Part shown: positions 29,324-37,163 of the stretch, in pieces
Layout: each line of letters starts with the position of its first letter
Position numbering within the stretch: position 1 is the stretch's first letter
IMG/VR virus record: IMGVR_UViG_3300011334_000309
Span: 1 to 46,441 of that record
Reading direction: 5' to 3' (one strand)
Source: a virus
Taxonomy: Duplodnaviria > Caudoviricetes
Length of the DNA: 46,441 bases
The notes under the pieces: generated by a model
Database searches by the model: none
What the model saw: only the letters and a program-made list of their open reading frames with translations
What the model was told of the DNA's origin: nothing
Position numbers and translations under genes: made by a program

Positions 29324-30208
29324 TTAAAATATAATGTGGCTTGCTTTAGCTGTATTCTTTTCTATGAATGCCATAATTTCATCGTAGCCTGTGGTTGCAA
29401 ACTTGTAGCCTCCACCCGTCATAAGATACTCAGCCTTATCATCTGCATTCTTAGGGGCAACTACGTGGTTAGTGTAGCGTGTCACTGCATTGAATAGTGC
29501 CCATATAGTGTTACCTTCTAGGTTAACTTCTTTCTCAATAGAGTTAGCGAATGCGGTAACTTGATTAAGTTTGCGAGTGCTCACGCTATCTTTAGATGCC
29601 ATAGGTTCTACTTCGAATAGCCTGCGTATTAAACGCTCTGCTAATTGGTCATTATAAGGCATGTCAGCCATTATTTTAAAGTTATCCATTAAAGCCTTAT
29701 CTAAATCTAAAGCCTTGCGTAAGTCTAGCATTGCACGTTCTATACGTTCCTTAGCTGACGCTGTATGTCTGAACTTGTCAAGTCCCTTGTATGCACGGTA
29801 GAATGTATTGGTACACACCACTACGGTGCTAGAAGAACCAAAGCCAATGGAACTGCTACCATCATGAGAGTTTAACGCTGTGATGTTACGTTTAACGCCT
29901 GACTTACCGATAAACTCATCAGGCAACTCAGCCTGTAAGTATACCTTAGAGCCTCCTGATAACTCGCCACCCTTAGTAGTAACTAAGCCAATACCTTTAG
30001 TAGCTTCTACGATAGTCTCAGCTAACTCGTAGTTTTGCATAGGTACGTAACGATTACCTACTGTACCTAACCATTCAGTGGTATCATTGCGAAAGATGCC
30101 GAATGATTCAGTGGTGTAACCTTGTGGACTTACAAGGTCAATTTTGTTTACTGTCCAATTTAAGCCTGTAGCTTCTAGTAATTCGAATGTTTGTTCTTTA
30201 GTTGTCAT
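29324..30208 (-). CDS. DUF932 family phage/plasmid protein
   Basis: GLNW.V, LG.VG.RY.P.QN, NSHDGS, VVCTNT, RHT and WALFNAVT.Y..H motifs. Confidence 0.85.
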   Translation of the reverse strand: MTTKEQTFELLEATGLNWTVNKIDLVSPQGYTTESFGIFRNDTTEWLGTVGNRYVPMQNYELAETIVEATKGIGLVTTKGGELSGGSKVYLQAELPDEFIGKSGVKRNITALNSHDGSSSIGFGSSSTVVVCTNTFYRAYKGLDKFRHTASAKERIERAMLDLRKALDLDKALMDNFKIMADMPYNDQLAERLIRRLFEVEPMASKDSVSTRKLNQVTAFANSIEKEVNLEGNTIWALFNAVTRYTNHVVAPKNADDKAEYLMTGGGYKFATTGYDEIMAFIEKNTAKASHIIF

Positions 30209-30237
30209 GTTGTTGTTGTTTAAAGTTGTTTATGTTT

Positions 30238-30951
30238 TTAATTATTAATTTGTATAACAAAGTTTGTATCATCTTTCTTGCCTTTACCTTTAGCGGTCAA
30301 GCCTACAATAACATTGGCAGGGTCAAGGTAGCGCAGGTCATTGATGTCACCATTGATAACTGTATAGCCTAAGTATGTGTCAGGCAATTGATTGAACACA
30401 GCGGCAACATTACCGCCTAACTCTAGGAACTTGCGACACTCAGCGTCATTGGTCTCAGAGCGTGAGAATGTTAAGCTATACTTACTGTCAAGGTATGTGA
30501 TAGCACGTTTGTAATTCTTAGTGTAGTCGTAGAACTGTATGTGTGTGAACTCGTTAAGTATATCTTTGTCAAGCTTGAGTTTGAATAGCATAATAAAGTC
30601 AAGGTCAGATGTACCATTGAGTCGAATAGCTATACTGCGATTGTCAAACATTGCCTCGGCATTGATAAGGTATAACTCACGGTATAGCTGAGTAAGAAAG
30701 CCGACAGTATCAGAGAAAAACCAGTCAGTCTTACGTTGACGAGCAGCCTGCACATTGCTGAACTTACCCATACCTGCGGTGTTAAGGCAAGCAGCGGCAC
30801 AGCCTGCGGAAGCATGACCGCATACATTCTTACCGAATGAATTAAGTTTGTGAGGCGACAAGTGCAAGATATACGACTCTGCGATATGTTGACTTTTGGC
30901 AGTCTTTACATTACTACTGCCGTGCGTTAATAGTTGCTTTTTAAAATTCAT
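30238..30951 (-). CDS. GP88-like protein (Cys-rich, radical-SAM-like)
   Basis: C......C...CL..AG.G, RLNGTSD, FYDYTK, LTFSRSE and GD..DLR..D motifs. Confidence 0.8.
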   Translation of the reverse strand: MNFKKQLLTHGSSNVKTAKSQHIAESYILHLSPHKLNSFGKNVCGHASAGCAAACLNTAGMGKFSNVQAARQRKTDWFFSDTVGFLTQLYRELYLINAEAMFDNRSIAIRLNGTSDLDFIMLFKLKLDKDILNEFTHIQFYDYTKNYKRAITYLDSKYSLTFSRSETNDAECRKFLELGGNVAAVFNQLPDTYLGYTVINGDINDLRYLDPANVIVGLTAKGKGKKDDTNFVIQINN

Positions 30952-30955
30952 GATA

Positions 30956-31390
30956 TTAATTATTTACAAGTTGTTGATTGTTTTCTTTAATAGCTTCTAT
31001 ATATATACGGTTAGCTGTATTGATATACTCTTTAATGGTTTTTATAATTTCTTTTTTGTCGCATGGTTGAAAGTCGCCAAACATATTATCGAAGTATCGA
31101 GAGCCTTCTATACCATCAGGGTTATAGTCATTAGACTTTTTACCTAAGAACCTGTATTGTTTCAGGCATTGATACGTGTAGCTATAACTAACTGAGCGGC
31201 TTATACTAATGGTTATCATATCGAATTTACCACCACAAGCTTTGAGTGCTTTCTTATAATTATCGAGTATAGACTCATCAAGCAAGCGTGTATACTCTGT
31301 GTTAATCATATCAGACACATTTATAGTCTGAGTGAAACCTAGGGTAGAGTTGTCAATCTCTATACCTAATCTAATCCAGTTATCTTTCAT
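30956..31390 (-). CDS. Hypothetical protein
   Basis: 144-aa ORF. Confidence 0.6.
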   Translation of the reverse strand: MKDNWIRLGIEIDNSTLGFTQTINVSDMINTEYTRLLDESILDNYKKALKACGGKFDMITISISRSVSYSYTYQCLKQYRFLGKKSNDYNPDGIEGSRYFDNMFGDFQPCDKKEIIKTIKEYINTANRIYIEAIKENNQQLVNN

Positions 31391-31401
31391 AGTTGTATTG
31401 T

Positions 31402-31782
31402 TTATTTTTTACGGTTGTTAATTAGTTCTAAGCATTGTTTGCGCCATTCATTTGCATTGTTATCCTCAGTTGGTGTAAGTTTGTCTAGCACACTTTTGGG
31501 ACACTTAAAATAATAAGGCCCGCATGATTCATTCATAGCTTTGTACCCGAAATTATATTGTACATTACCAAACATGTTTTTATAATAGCTGCCGCTCTTG
31601 TAATAGCGAAGCAACCATACTTCACCTCTTACTTGGTTAGTTTGTGTGTCAAGTATTGCCGCATATAACTCAGTCATATGTACAATTTTACAATCAATAA
31701 CCTTGTAACGATTACCCCATTCAATTTGCTTTGTGAATAGTTCTTTTACAGGCTCATACCTGTGCATTGTAGTCCATCCCAT
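31402..31782 (-). CDS. DUF6927-like protein
   Basis: MGWT start; FGYK.M.ES.GP....CP...LD.LT...A.EWR motif. Confidence 0.7.
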   Translation of the reverse strand: MGWTTMHRYEPVKELFTKQIEWGNRYKVIDCKIVHMTELYAAILDTQTNQVRGEVWLLRYYKSGSYYKNMFGNVQYNFGYKAMNESCGPYYFKCPKSVLDKLTPTEDNNANEWRKQCLELINNRKK

Positions 31783-31793
31783 AATTGTATTGT

Positions 31794-32033
31794 TTATTTT
31801 ATTATTAAATTGTTATAAGATAGCCCTTCGCAGTCAGTGTACACATTTGTTTGCACAGTCGCATTGTCTGTAAGGTATTGCAAGTGTTCATTATATACTT
31901 GGGTGAACACGTCTTCACCCAGGTTATCTTTGTACTTTAAAATGTACGTTTTGTAATTGTAACTGTCTACACCTGCACCACCATATGTGAAACAGCTTTC
32001 AATCATTTCTTTTAAGTTTTTAATGTAGTCCAT
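31794..32033 (-). CDS. Hypothetical protein
   Basis: VYTD.EG.SYN motif. Confidence 0.6.
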   Translation of the reverse strand: MDYIKNLKEMIESCFTYGGAGVDSYNYKTYILKYKDNLGEDVFTQVYNEHLQYLTDNATVQTNVYTDCEGLSYNNLIIK

Positions 32034-32047
32034 AGTTTTATAATTAA

Positions 32048-32131
32048 TTATTTTACGATATGTTCAGCGAAGTATGCCAAAGCCCACACAATGAATAGCG
32101 ATATAGCCAATTCTTTTTTAGTCAATTTCAT
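32048..32131 (-). CDS. 27-aa membrane peptide
   Basis: MKLTKKELAISLFIVWALAYFAEHIVK. Confidence 0.5.
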   Translation of the reverse strand: MKLTKKELAISLFIVWALAYFAEHIVK

Positions 32132-32136
32132 ACTGT

Positions 32137-32253
32137 TTAAATTACTGTTTTACTGAAGAAAAAATTTTGTTGTTTGTAACATGGTCTGTTACTTGCACAC
32201 GAACTTAAAATTAATAAGCCTAGCATTGCTAAGGCAATAGATAGTTTTCTCAT
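32137..32253 (-). CDS. 38-aa lipoprotein
   Basis: MRKLSIALAMLGLLILSS-C: signal peptide plus lipobox. Confidence 0.6.
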   Translation of the reverse strand: MRKLSIALAMLGLLILSSCASNRPCYKQQNFFFSKTVI

Positions 32254-32879
32254 GGTTTTATTATTAGTTGTTTAGCGAGTGTAGGTATTGTCGGTTAACC
32301 TATAATACGCATTTTACGACATTGCGCACTCATTACCCTTTGTATTTCAACTTGCGCACTAGATTGGGTCACTTAAGCAAGTTATAACATATATACACAC
32401 GCTCACATTGTAGCGTGTATAGTTGATTAGATAATAATTGTTTTGATTTTTTGAGCGCATAATTACGCTAGCATTGTTATTTCCTTACTCTTGACATTTG
32501 CCCATGATTTTATAAGGTAGCTACACAAACCGAAGTGCAGCTAAATACCTGTAAATTTGCCAAAAATACAGCACATACGTATGAAAGTATGCATTTTTTA
32601 TACATATTGTATTGGTATTGTTATAAAAATATGTTCATGCGCATATACTGCACTACTAATAATTTATAAACATGAGAAAGGTACACTGTAAAAAATTATA
32701 ACTTGTTATAATTGCATAGAAGCTATGCTAAACAAGTGTACATTTATTACACTTTCGTATATTTGCCCAACGTGTGCGAAGCGCACTAAATTTGTTAAAA
32801 CGTTGGTATACTTTGAGGCTATTAAAATATTCGATATTTGCCCGCTTCTATTTACAAAGCGGTATAATAGCCTATTAAA

Positions 32880-33239
32880 TTACTTGCTAATTTTATACAT
32901 GTATTGGAATATTTGCCATGCACTATATTTGCCCGCCTTGTTTGCCTTTAAATTAGCTGTTAGTGTACTTGCATCTTTGCGCCATTCAGTTATAAGCTTA
33001 GTTTCTTTATTAGTTAGCTGTAAAACGTCCGCTTGCGCTTTGATGAAAGATAAACAATAACCTATTTTGCCTTTTTCTTCTTTTAAGTTAGCCCAACGTT
33101 TTAATACTTGCGTATCGTATGCGCTTGGCTGTTTTACTTTAGTAGTTTTAGCCTTGTTAGCTGTTTGTGCTGTTGCTGTGCTTAATGTTGCTTTGTTAGC
33201 TGTTGCGCTTTGCGCTGTAGCTGTTTTGTTGTTTTTCAT
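32880..33239 (-). CDS. Basic K/A/T-rich protein, first gene of the early block
   Basis: Directly below the tandem promoters. Confidence 0.65.
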   Translation of the reverse strand: MKNNKTATAQSATANKATLSTATAQTANKAKTTKVKQPSAYDTQVLKRWANLKEEKGKIGYCLSFIKAQADVLQLTNKETKLITEWRKDASTLTANLKANKAGKYSAWQIFQYMYKISK

Positions 33240-33275
33240 GTGTGTATATATATGTATGTGTGTTTCTAATTAACG

Positions 33276-33472
33276 AGTACAAACATAAAGCAGTTTAAAA
33301 AGTAATACAATGATAAAAATCAGTTTTTAATATTTTTTTTTATGATAATTATCATGTTTTGCCTTAGTGCCTTATATCAAATAACTAAGTACAAAAGTAT
33401 ACCAATGCAATAAGGTATAAAATGATAAAAATCAGTTTATGTGAATTATTTATATGATATTAATCAGGTTTT
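33276..33472 (-). promoter_or_regulatory. Two tandem 112-bp promoter units with four TGAT-N4-ATCA boxes
   Basis: -7 elements at 33280-33287 (TATGTTTG) and 33392-33399 (TACTTTTG); boxes at 33311, 33343, 33423 and 33455. Confidence 0.75.
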
Positions 33473-33630
33473 ATATAGGCTGCAAAGTGCATGTTAAAAA
33501 GCACTATTAAGAAACAATATAAATAACTATTTAGAATCTTTCTGGATAAGGAAACTGTACTATCTTCAAACCAATGTTAACTATTTTTATTTAGACTAAG
33601 TACAGATAGCAGGATGTTATTTCCCCTCCC

Positions 33631-33646
33631 CGTTCCACGTGAAACA
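33631..33646. promoter_or_regulatory. parS-like palindrome CGTTCCACGTGAAACA
   Basis: 15/16 match to the bacterial parS consensus TGTTNCACGTGAAACA. Confidence 0.6.
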
Positions 33647-33807
33647 TGGTAAAGTTTATAGGCAAATTTTATTTTTAAACTTTTGATATATAACGGTTTA
33701 TAAGTGTATAAAGCTGTTTTTAGCTGTGTGGTGTGGGTGGGAGGTAAGGTGCGGTATACCTTTTTTTTGGTTAAGCAGCAGGTGAAATCTTATGGGGTTA
33801 CCCTAAG

Positions 33808-33841
33808 AATCCATCCTATATACTGATAATCCATCCTATAT
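33808..33841. repeat. 14-bp direct repeat AATCCATCCTATAT x2
   Basis: 33808-33821 and 33828-33841, period 20. Confidence 0.8.
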
Positions 33842-33942
33842 TGGTAAAAAAATAATTGGGTAGTGACCCCTGGGAGGGGGTTAAAAGGGGGTGTTTTATA
33901 TGTAATACGGGGTATATTTGGTATTTATGGTAAGAATGTAAA

Positions 33943-34023
33943 ATGTTCCACGGTTGATTGTGAGGCAGTTAGTAAAAATGGCCTCGGTAAAACACAAAGT
34001 AGGTGTGGTAATATGTTCCACGG
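33943..34023. repeat. ATGTTCCACGG x2 (parS half-site-like)
   Basis: 33943-33953 and 34013-34023. Confidence 0.7.
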
Positions 34024-34092
34024 ACATTGATACTATATACAGGCACAATACCCCCTGTGTGCGGAGTGTATGCTGTGGTGGTGTATAGGCAT

Positions 34093-34123
34093 AAAAAAAC
34101 CACCTAGGGTTTTCCTAAGTGGT
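34093..34123 (-). terminator. Intrinsic terminator
   Basis: ACCACTTAGG-AAAAC-CCTAGGTGGT plus T tract on -. Confidence 0.85.
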
Positions 34124-34144
34124 CTTGTATGTTATCTTGCTAGA

Positions 34145-34756
34145 TTAGTTATATACTCTTATTTCTATTGATGTATCACTAGAATTGAATGGGCCATCAG
34201 TTGGTAAAAGGGTTATTAATCTAAGACTAGAATTATTTACAGGGCCAAGAATTGCATTAGTAGCATCATTATTATGATTAGATAATGTAGCAGAACAATA
34301 TGTTTTATTAACCGTAAACAACGTATTTGATTGTATGTTATAATTACCTACATTCTCATACGTAAACCAAATATTTCCAATTGTATTCTGTAATACTGTT
34401 ACTACTGGAGCACCTAGATTGTAACTAAGCATAGCATCACTGCCCCAGCTATTGGGGGTAGTTCCAGTAGCTACAAAATAAGTAAATAAATCATTATTAG
34501 GAGCACCTACATTTGTAAAATCCCATCCACTGCCACCGTTGTCATCTATCAAGTAAGTTACTCCTATAGTTAACTCTCCATCAAACAAAACTAAAGGTTC
34601 ACTAAGACCAGCCTGTGACAATAGCGCAGTATACACCTTGTAAGGCATAATTAAGTCTTTTATAGAGCTTAAAGGTATTTGTATTTCTACGCCTAAGTCT
34701 CCTAATTGTCCCGCAACTTTATCGTTAAGGGATGGGTTATATTCTATTCTACTCAT
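34145..34756 (-). CDS. Orphan structural-like beta protein
   Basis: YKVYTALLSQ.G, P.VTVLQNTIG and IEIRVY motifs seen in phage fibre-type domains. Confidence 0.6.
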   Translation of the reverse strand: MSRIEYNPSLNDKVAGQLGDLGVEIQIPLSSIKDLIMPYKVYTALLSQAGLSEPLVLFDGELTIGVTYLIDDNGGSGWDFTNVGAPNNDLFTYFVATGTTPNSWGSDAMLSYNLGAPVVTVLQNTIGNIWFTYENVGNYNIQSNTLFTVNKTYCSATLSNHNNDATNAILGPVNNSSLRLITLLPTDGPFNSSDTSIEIRVYN

Positions 34757-34761
34757 GTTCG

Positions 34762-34769
34762 CAAATATA
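34762..34769 (-). promoter_or_regulatory. -7 element TATATTTG, near-leaderless
   Basis: 5 nt before ATG 34756. Confidence 0.65.
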
Positions 34770-34799
34770 ATATTAAATTTTCAGATAATACACAAATGT

Positions 34800-34982
34800 T
34801 TATTTTGTCTTGAGTCCTCTTGATTCTAGCCATTCTGAAACTACATTTCTTATCTTATGCCATTCCCATAATGCTATTTTGTGTTTCCTGGCTAGGGGAA
34901 AACTCATTTCTTCGTATTTCATGTGCTCCATTTTACTTATGAAGTATAATGACCTTTTGCGTGATAATGCCTTCTTACTCAT
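34800..34982 (-). CDS. Small basic protein
   Basis: Likely start MSKKAL, overlapping the upstream stop. Confidence 0.5.
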   Translation of the reverse strand: MSKKALSRKRSLYFISKMEHMKYEEMSFPLARKHKIALWEWHKIRNVVSEWLESRGLKTK

Positions 34983-35406
34983 CTTTGCCAAATGTTTCGT
35001 TGTAGTATTTATCCGATGCTTTATTTGCATCATCATAACTCACCCCTTCAACACCGATTAAATATGATTTAGCAAATGCAATTTCTATCTCTTCCTTGTG
35101 CTTTTCTTTGGCTTGTTCAAATAAATCTTTATTAATAGTCAAGTTTTTAAATGCTGTTGGCATTTGCTCTTCTAACCACTCTACGCTGCTTTGTTTTTTG
35201 CCGCTCATTATCACCTCCGTATGTTTCGTTGTAGGATTGTTCAAAATCTTCATCTCTGTTCCCCATACAAAATAAGTTTGTTTCATCTCCTCCTCGTGCA
35301 TTGTTTTTGCTTGTTTTAAAATTGCATACCATGTAAACTTATCTTTTGGCTCGTCCCATAGCTGTTTAAATAACCAATCAACCGCTGTTTGTTCTTTGTT
35401 GCTCAT
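34975..35406 (-). CDS. Two fused copies of the Q(T/S)(A/S)V(D/E)WL...QAK...YNET(Y/F)G family
   Basis: Motif present twice; second ATG at 35208. Confidence 0.65.
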   Translation of the reverse strand: MSNKEQTAVDWLFKQLWDEPKDKFTWYAILKQAKTMHEEEMKQTYFVWGTEMKILNNPTTKHTEVIMSGKKQSSVEWLEEQMPTAFKNLTINKDLFEQAKEKHKEEIEIAFAKSYLIGVEGVSYDDANKASDKYYNETFGKDE

Positions 35407-35407
35407 A

Positions 35408-35782
35408 TTATTTCTTTATGAATACCTTACTCCAAAATAATTCGAATACGATACCAAATACAATCCAATATGCGATTGCGTCTATTACAGGGTGTATCAT
35501 TGGTCTGTATGTTACGATTGCAATGCTAATGCAAGCTAGCATTAATGTTTTAGATAAGTGCCATGCATCTGTAGTCCATACTAAGAATGTGCTAGAACCA
35601 AAGAACTTTTCCCCTTGCTTTCTGTCCCCATTTTTCCATTTGTTTTGCCATGAAAGCGCAGGCTGAGTGAATTGATTAAATTTAGGATACTTTGAAAATA
35701 CACTTATATCATATCTGTATGATAAAATGTCCATTACTGCATTTAATACAGCTGCTAAAATGATTAAAATTAATGATGTCAT
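35408..35782 (-). CDS. Membrane protein
   Basis: Three TM segments; SW.NKWKNG and TDAWH..K motifs. Confidence 0.7.
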   Translation of the reverse strand: MTSLILIILAAVLNAVMDILSYRYDISVFSKYPKFNQFTQPALSWQNKWKNGDRKQGEKFFGSSTFLVWTTDAWHLSKTLMLACISIAIVTYRPMIHPVIDAIAYWIVFGIVFELFWSKVFIKK

Positions 35783-35807
35783 AGTTTTTATTTTGTTTGT
35801 TTGTTTG

Positions 35808-35880
35808 TTATCCGATTAGGTCTCGAACCTAAACTCTTCTGAACCAAAATCAGACGTGTTGCCAATTACACCATCGGATA
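35808..35880 (-). tRNA. tRNA-Gln (TTG)
   Basis: Full cloverleaf: TATCCGA/TCGGATA acceptor, GTGT/ACAC D stem, TCTGA-TTTTGGT-TCAGA anticodon arm, TTAGG-TTCGAGA-CCTAA T arm; no encoded CCA. Confidence 0.93.
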
Positions 35881-35885
35881 ATTTG

Positions 35886-36053
35886 CTATTCTATATATTT
35901 ATCAATTGTTTCTTTTCCCCATCCACTTGCGTATAACACGCTCTTTATCATGTCTATCATCTCATCTATATGGATATCTGATGTTGGGGCTTGTATTGTT
36001 ACCTTCTTGCCATGTGCCTCAAGGCTTAATATTGTTGGTTGTTCGGTTGTCAT
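35886..36053 (-). CDS. Hypothetical protein
   Basis: Likely start MTTEQP, overlapping the upstream stop. Confidence 0.55.
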   Translation of the reverse strand: MTTEQPTILSLEAHGKKVTIQAPTSDIHIDEMIDMIKSVLYASGWGKETIDKYIE

Positions 36054-36358
36054 ATTACTTTTGTTGTTTCGTATTGATGTAAAAATCCTCCTATTAATTC
36101 TATTAGTGGCTCGTTTAGCCATTCAGGGTTGCCGCCATGGTAAAGTATGCAATGGCCCAACTCATGACAAAAAGTAGCCTCTACTATGCTTTGCTTGTAT
36201 TTACGCCACCCCTTCTCTGTCTTGTACCTGGTTGCTAGTATAATCGTATTATCCCAAGATATAAACCTGCCAAAGCATTCGTTCTCATTACAATACTTAT
36301 TATCGTACTTTACAGTTATCGTCTGCCCTAGCATTTTAAAAGATGACGGTATAATCAT
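36050..36358 (-). CDS. Zincin-like metallopeptidase
   Basis: TFCHELGHCI (HExxH) and a downstream NE. Confidence 0.75.
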   Translation of the reverse strand: MIIPSSFKMLGQTITVKYDNKYCNENECFGRFISWDNTIILATRYKTEKGWRKYKQSIVEATFCHELGHCILYHGGNPEWLNEPLIELIGGFLHQYETTKVI

Positions 36359-36681
36359 GTTGTTTCTATTCTGTAATCTAAATGTATATTGTCTTCATCC
36401 ATCATGTTGTTACAGGCAATTATATTTAGCTTGTAAAATGTATCCTTGGGAATATCCATCAATGCGAACATCTTTTCTACATTGCATATTGTTGGCCTGT
36501 TCTCATAAACCTTACACTTGTTATCCTGCGCTAGCATCTCACATTTGCCTGTCTCATCATAACCATAAGGGAAGTGCATTTCATCACTCTCAGGAATATC
36601 GTTTAATCCCCAAGCTTCTACAATACCACCTATCCTACGGCAACATGCTCCACACCCCGTACACGGATAACTATAAGTCAT
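36355..36681 (-). CDS. YkgJ-like CxxCxxCC Zn/Fe-S protein
   Basis: CTGCGACC, C..L, C.VYENRP.IC motifs. Confidence 0.85.
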   Translation of the reverse strand: MTYSYPCTGCGACCRRIGGIVEAWGLNDIPESDEMHFPYGYDETGKCEMLAQDNKCKVYENRPTICNVEKMFALMDIPKDTFYKLNIIACNNMMDEDNIHLDYRIETT

Positions 36682-36910
36682 CTATACACCATATAGGCGT
36701 TTTTTCACCCATATGTGCTCCCTTTACATTAAAGTTAAAATACTCAAGTGCATCCTCATCACTCATGTCCTTGCTTAGTATCTCTACACACTTTGACACT
36801 GAATAAATCAATCTCATTGTCTCTTCGTCTATACCAATAATAGCCGCATCAAAACCATGAGCTATTAACAATTCTTCTTCTGGAAACCATTCTATTATCT
36901 TGTCTATCAT
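36671..36910 (-). CDS. Conserved phage protein
   Basis: GFDAAIIG, A.EYF.FNV.GA..GE.TP motifs. Confidence 0.7.
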   Translation of the reverse strand: MIDKIIEWFPEEELLIAHGFDAAIIGIDEETMRLIYSVSKCVEILSKDMSDEDALEYFNFNVKGAHMGEKTPIWCIDDL

Positions 36911-36954
36911 ATTTCTGTCATTTATTTGAATGAGTTATAATACCATATCGGGTA

Positions 36955-37060
36955 TAAAAAATATCGAGCGTAACTCCAGGCAATAGTTGAAACTTCAAAA
37001 CTTATAAACCCCTTTATGTTTTTGAATTTACACCTTTCTAACCGCTCGAATACCTTTCTA
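36955..37060 (-). ncRNA. Candidate structured small RNA or leader
   Basis: Promoter at 37065-37072; nested stems TCGAGCG/CGCTCGA and TTCAAAA/TTTTGAA, ending in a T run. Confidence 0.4.
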
Positions 37061-37064
37061 TATG

Positions 37065-37159
37065 CAAATGTAATACAATTTATTTATTATCCAAATATAT
37101 TTTAAAAAAAAAAGAAAAAGAAATTATCTTGCAATTATACTTACTCTGTATTACATTTG
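37065..37159. promoter_or_regulatory. Divergent TACATTTG promoter pair
   Basis: - strand 37065-37072; + strand 37152-37159. Confidence 0.65.
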
Positions 37160-37163
37160 AATT

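Noticed and set aside
27780-31400. AACAACAAC-type runs before early ATGs as a repeat element
   Set aside because: Explained by the A-rich, Shine-Dalgarno-independent translation initiation of Bacteroidota.
33623-33879. CCCCTCCC / GGGAGGGG inverted pair or G-quadruplex
   Set aside because: Only 8 bp of low complexity, about 250 bp apart; not distinguishable from chance by eye.
32260-34140. CRISPR array
   Set aside because: Repeats are short, few and not separated by regular unique spacers.
35808-35880. tRNA as an attachment site or prophage boundary
   Set aside because: No integrase, no duplicated tRNA end and no host genes in the window.
36186-36806. 206-aa + strand ORF and similar antisense ORFs (e.g. 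32725..33060, 19001..19312, 44123..44989)
   Set aside because: Shadows of well-supported genes on the opposite strand, with no recognisable motifs.
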